Assembly: GCA_050950285.1 (NCBI GenBank)
Contig: JBMNHG010000002.1
Coordinates: 1-64,000 of the forward strand
Length of the DNA stretch: 64,000 bases
Source: Kiritimatiellia bacterium
Lineage (GTDB): Bacteria; Verrucomicrobiota; Kiritimatiellia; RFP12; JBMNHG01
Direction: 5' to 3'
Part shown: piece by piece, positions 61,419 through 64,000 of the stretch
Numbering within the stretch: position 1 is the first letter of the stretch
Layout of the letters: every line of letters begins with the position of its first letter
Notes under the pieces: generated by a model
What the model was told of the DNA's origin: nothing
Seen by the model: the letters and a program-made list of their open reading frames with translations, nothing else
Databases searched by the model: none
Made by a program: the position numbers and the translations under genes

Positions 61419-62816
61419 CTAGAGTTTGCGCCCTTCCTCGAGCTGGACGCGGGTGAAGCCGTTCAGGAGCGGGTCCCCGATGTCCTCGAGCCAGGCGGCC
61501 AGCCGTTTGCGGAGCCGGGCGAGCTCATCCGCGCACGTGGGGTCGGAGGCACGGTTCACGCGCTCCCATGGATCGGTTTCGAGGTCGTAGAGCTCGTCGA
61601 TCGAGACGGGATTCCAGACGTACTTCCAGCGCTTGTCGCGGAGCATCCGCTGACTGAAGAGTCCGAACTGGTTTCCGAAATACTGCGAGAGCATCGCATC
61701 GCGGCCTTCGAGGCGGCCGCCTGCGAAAACGGGGGCCAGGCTCATGCCTTGGAACGTGGAAGGGCGATGCGCACCGGCGAGATCCACGAAGGTGGCGGCG
61801 AGGTCGAGGGCATGGGAGACGAAGTCCGTGCAGGTCGATCCGGGGGGGATGCGGCCCGGCCAGCGCGCGAGGAGCGGGACGTGCGTGACGTCGTCGTACA
61901 TCACGTAATGCTTGTCGATCATGCCGTGGCTTCCGCAAAGGTCGCCGTGATCGCAGGTGTAGATCACGAGGGTCTTGTCTTCGATGCCCAGGCGGCGGAG
62001 TTCGTCGAGCACGCGGCCGACCTGCGCGTCGAGAAGCGAGATTTCGCCGAGGTAGCGGGCGACGGTGGGCGCCCACTCTTCCCACGGGCGTCCGTCCAGC
62101 TTCCACGAGAGGAGTTGCTGCCGCTGGATGGCGGGCTTGTTTTCGAGCGGGTCGCCGAAGCTTCCCCACGGCGGGATCCGGGCGGGATCGAAGCGGGATG
62201 CGTAGGGCTCGGGCACGACGTTGGGGAGGTGCGGTTCGACGGGGTCCCAGCGGAGGAGGAAGGGACGCGACGGATCGGCGGCGCGGGCGCGCAGGCGCTC
62301 GATGACGGCGTCGGCCACCCAGGCGAGGCGCGACTGTCCGGGACGAATGGCTTCGTCGGTCTCGCCGAACCAGCGGTTCCGGAGGGGGCGTGGGGGAAGG
62401 CCCTGCGCGGCGCGCCATGCGCCGTACCCCGCGTCCGGGAAGAAGGTGTCGAAGGCATACGCGGGATGGAGGGGATCGCGGTCGGACCGGTCGTGCCACT
62501 GGCCCAGGAAATCGAGCGCATACCCGGCGTCGTGAAGGGCGCGCGACCAGGTGGGGAGTTCGTCGTCCGGGGGGCGCGGTGCTTCGGTGCCTTGGTTCGC
62601 AAGGCACAGGTGGCGGCTGGGCCAGCATCCATGGAGGAGCGAATTGCGTTCCGGCACGCAGATGGGGGATGGCGTAAAGGCGCGCGTGAAATTCATGCCC
62701 TCGGCGGCGAGGCGGTCGAGGTTCGGGGTGATGGGCAAAGGGTGTCCGTTCGCGCCCACGCAGTCGAAGCGATGCTGGTCGGCGTGGATGAAAAGGATGT
62801 TCGGACGGTCGGGCAT
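61419..62816 (-). CDS. Cys-type sulfatase
   Basis: RPNILFIHADQHR, TPNLDRLA, CVPER (CxPxR), PH.P, DHG, ELYDLETDPWE. Confidence 0.93.
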   Translation of the reverse strand: MPDRPNILFIHADQHRFDCVGANGHPLPITPNLDRLAAEGMNFTRAFTPSPICVPERNSLLHGCWPSRHLCLANQGTEAPRPPDDELPTWSRALHDAGYALDFLGQWHDRSDRDPLHPAYAFDTFFPDAGYGAWRAAQGLPPRPLRNRWFGETDEAIRPGQSRLAWVADAVIERLRARAADPSRPFLLRWDPVEPHLPNVVPEPYASRFDPARIPPWGSFGDPLENKPAIQRQQLLSWKLDGRPWEEWAPTVARYLGEISLLDAQVGRVLDELRRLGIEDKTLVIYTCDHGDLCGSHGMIDKHYVMYDDVTHVPLLARWPGRIPPGSTCTDFVSHALDLAATFVDLAGAHRPSTFQGMSLAPVFAGGRLEGRDAMLSQYFGNQFGLFSQRMLRDKRWKYVWNPVSIDELYDLETDPWERVNRASDPTCADELARLRKRLAAWLEDIGDPLLNGFTRVQLEEGRKL

Positions 62817-62853
62817 GGGAAGGCCTGCTTTCGCCGGGGTCGTTCCGGAATCC

Positions 62854-63279
62854 CTACGGGGCGCCGATGTTCCGCGGGGAGGAGCGGATGTTCGGGCGGC
62901 GCACCGGTTCGGACCGTCGTTCGAGTTCCGGTCCGCCGGAGGCGTCGGGATCCGGCACGAAGGCGTCCGCATGGCGGGGCGATTCGAAGACGGCGCGGGA
63001 ATAGCCCTGGCTTTGGACGGCCTCCACGAGGCTGCGCATCATGCGGTCGGAAATCTCGCCCTGGGTCTTGAAGACGATGGGGGTGTCCGGCGTGGCGCCC
63101 GCCTTCTTCAGGCGGGCGGGGAGGTCGTTCATCACCACAGGCTCGCCCTCCAGCGTGATGCGCCCGTTGCTGGAGACGTACACATAGAGGACTTCGCCCG
63201 GACGCAGGCGGGTGCCGAGGCATCCCGTGGCGGCGAAACACAGCGCGAGGAGCGCGAGGCACGGCCAATGGAATCGCAT
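62854..63279 (-). CDS. Lipoprotein with ExbD/TolR-like periplasmic domain
   Basis: ATGC lipobox; VYVSSNGRITLEGEPV...L...IVFK......V...GY..AVF. Confidence 0.6.
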   Translation of the reverse strand: MRFHWPCLALLALCFAATGCLGTRLRPGEVLYVYVSSNGRITLEGEPVVMNDLPARLKKAGATPDTPIVFKTQGEISDRMMRSLVEAVQSQGYSRAVFESPRHADAFVPDPDASGGPELERRSEPVRRPNIRSSPRNIGAP

Positions 63280-63298
63280 GGTGTCTCCCTGGATCGGT

Positions 63299-64000
63299 TT
63301 ACAGGCTCAATTCACGGCTGCGGCGTGCCGCGGCGCGGATGGTCCGCCCGAGGACTTCGGCGAGATCGGACTCGGACATCACGTCGAGGCCCGCGGCGGT
63401 GGTGCCCTTGGGCGAGGCCACCGCCTGGATGAAGGCGGCGGGATCCTGCCCGGTTTCGAGCAGATAGCGGGCGGTGCCAAACATCGTCTGGAGGGCGAGC
63501 AGGCGGGCGGCGTCCTCGGGCAGTCCCTCCGCGACGGCGGAGGAGGCCATGTCCATCATCACCTTCGCAAAGAAGGCGGGGCCGGAACCGCTCAGTGCGG
63601 TCACCGCGTCGAAGCACGATTCCTCCAGGCGCACCACGCGACCCGAGCAGCCGAGCAGCCGCTCCGCGGCGGCGCAATCCGTCTCCGTGGCCCGCGCACC
63701 GGGGCAGTAGGCGCACATGCCGGCGCCCACCTGCACCGGCAGGTTGGGCATCACGCGCACGAGGCGCGATCGGGGGGCGAGGGCTTCGAGCCATTCCAGC
63801 CGCTTGCCGGCGGCGATGGAAAAGACGAGGTGCTCCGACGTGAGCAAGGGCGACACCGTACGCAGCAGGGCTTCGAGGTCCTGCGGCTTCACGGCGAGCA
63901 CGAGCGTGTTGCACCGTGCGGCGACAAACGCCGGATCGGCCGTGGTTTCGATGCCGTACCGCGCGGCGAGATCCGCGCGGCGCGCCTCCGCCACGTCGCA
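63299..64000 (-). CDS. proC: Pyrroline-5-carboxylate reductase (5' truncated)
   Basis: LAVKPQ, SIAAG, RVMPN, TALSGSGPA, VASPKGTT. Confidence 0.95.
   Translation of the reverse strand, partial: CDVAEARRADLAARYGIETTADPAFVAARCNTLVLAVKPQDLEALLRTVSPLLTSEHLVFSIAAGKRLEWLEALAPRSRLVRVMPNLPVQVGAGMCAYCPGARATETDCAAAERLLGCSGRVVRLEESCFDAVTALSGSGPAFFAKVMMDMASSAVAEGLPEDAARLLALQTMFGTARYLLETGQDPAAFIQAVASPKGTTAAGLDVMSESDLAEVLGRTIRAAARRSRELSL

Noticed and set aside
1..64000. Many long overlapping or antisense ORFs (e.g. 5370..10013, 23005..27651, 37001..40885, 59736..63071)
   Set aside because: Shadow frames of high-GC genes; Arg/Pro/Gly-rich with no motifs. Only the 3' end of 5370..10013 is real (the lipoprotein).

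Overview
High-GC bacterial chromosomal window. The CAZyme, sulfatase, prepilin and PQQ-propeller content suggests an anaerobic PVC-superphylum organism such as Kiritimatiellia or Lentisphaerae (inference). Left to right it holds: a partial GH71-like gene; a ~2,680-codon secreted multidomain gene broken by two compensating frameshifts; a lipoprotein-trmH-surA-wcaJ-DUF212-amidohydrolase-prepilin run; a four-subunit HndABCD-type [FeFe]-hydrogenase operon; a PA14/GT2/membrane-protein operon divergent from a prepilin-secretin-PilMN-PilO-PilP-like operon; GH116; a two-subunit fumarate hydratase; a secreted GH-like/CBM9-like protein; nitroreductase, Hsp33 and icd. Between icd and tRNA-Glu lies a ~12.5 kb polymorphic-toxin island. 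It contains a signal-peptide partner gene ending in a lone YD repeat, a signal-peptide Rhs protein with a Cys-less transglutaminase-like domain and an unassigned TNT/ART-like tip, low-GC immunity-like genes, an intact IS4 element and a tip-less Rhs duplicate, and it is bounded by a 13-bp direct repeat. The window ends with a beta-CASP nuclease, HI0933 flavoprotein, BatA/vWA protein, sulfatase, ExbD-like lipoprotein and partial proC. The two-gene, apparently Sec-exported Rhs system is the best candidate for an undescribed system. Family assignments come from motif recognition by eye; no searches were run.
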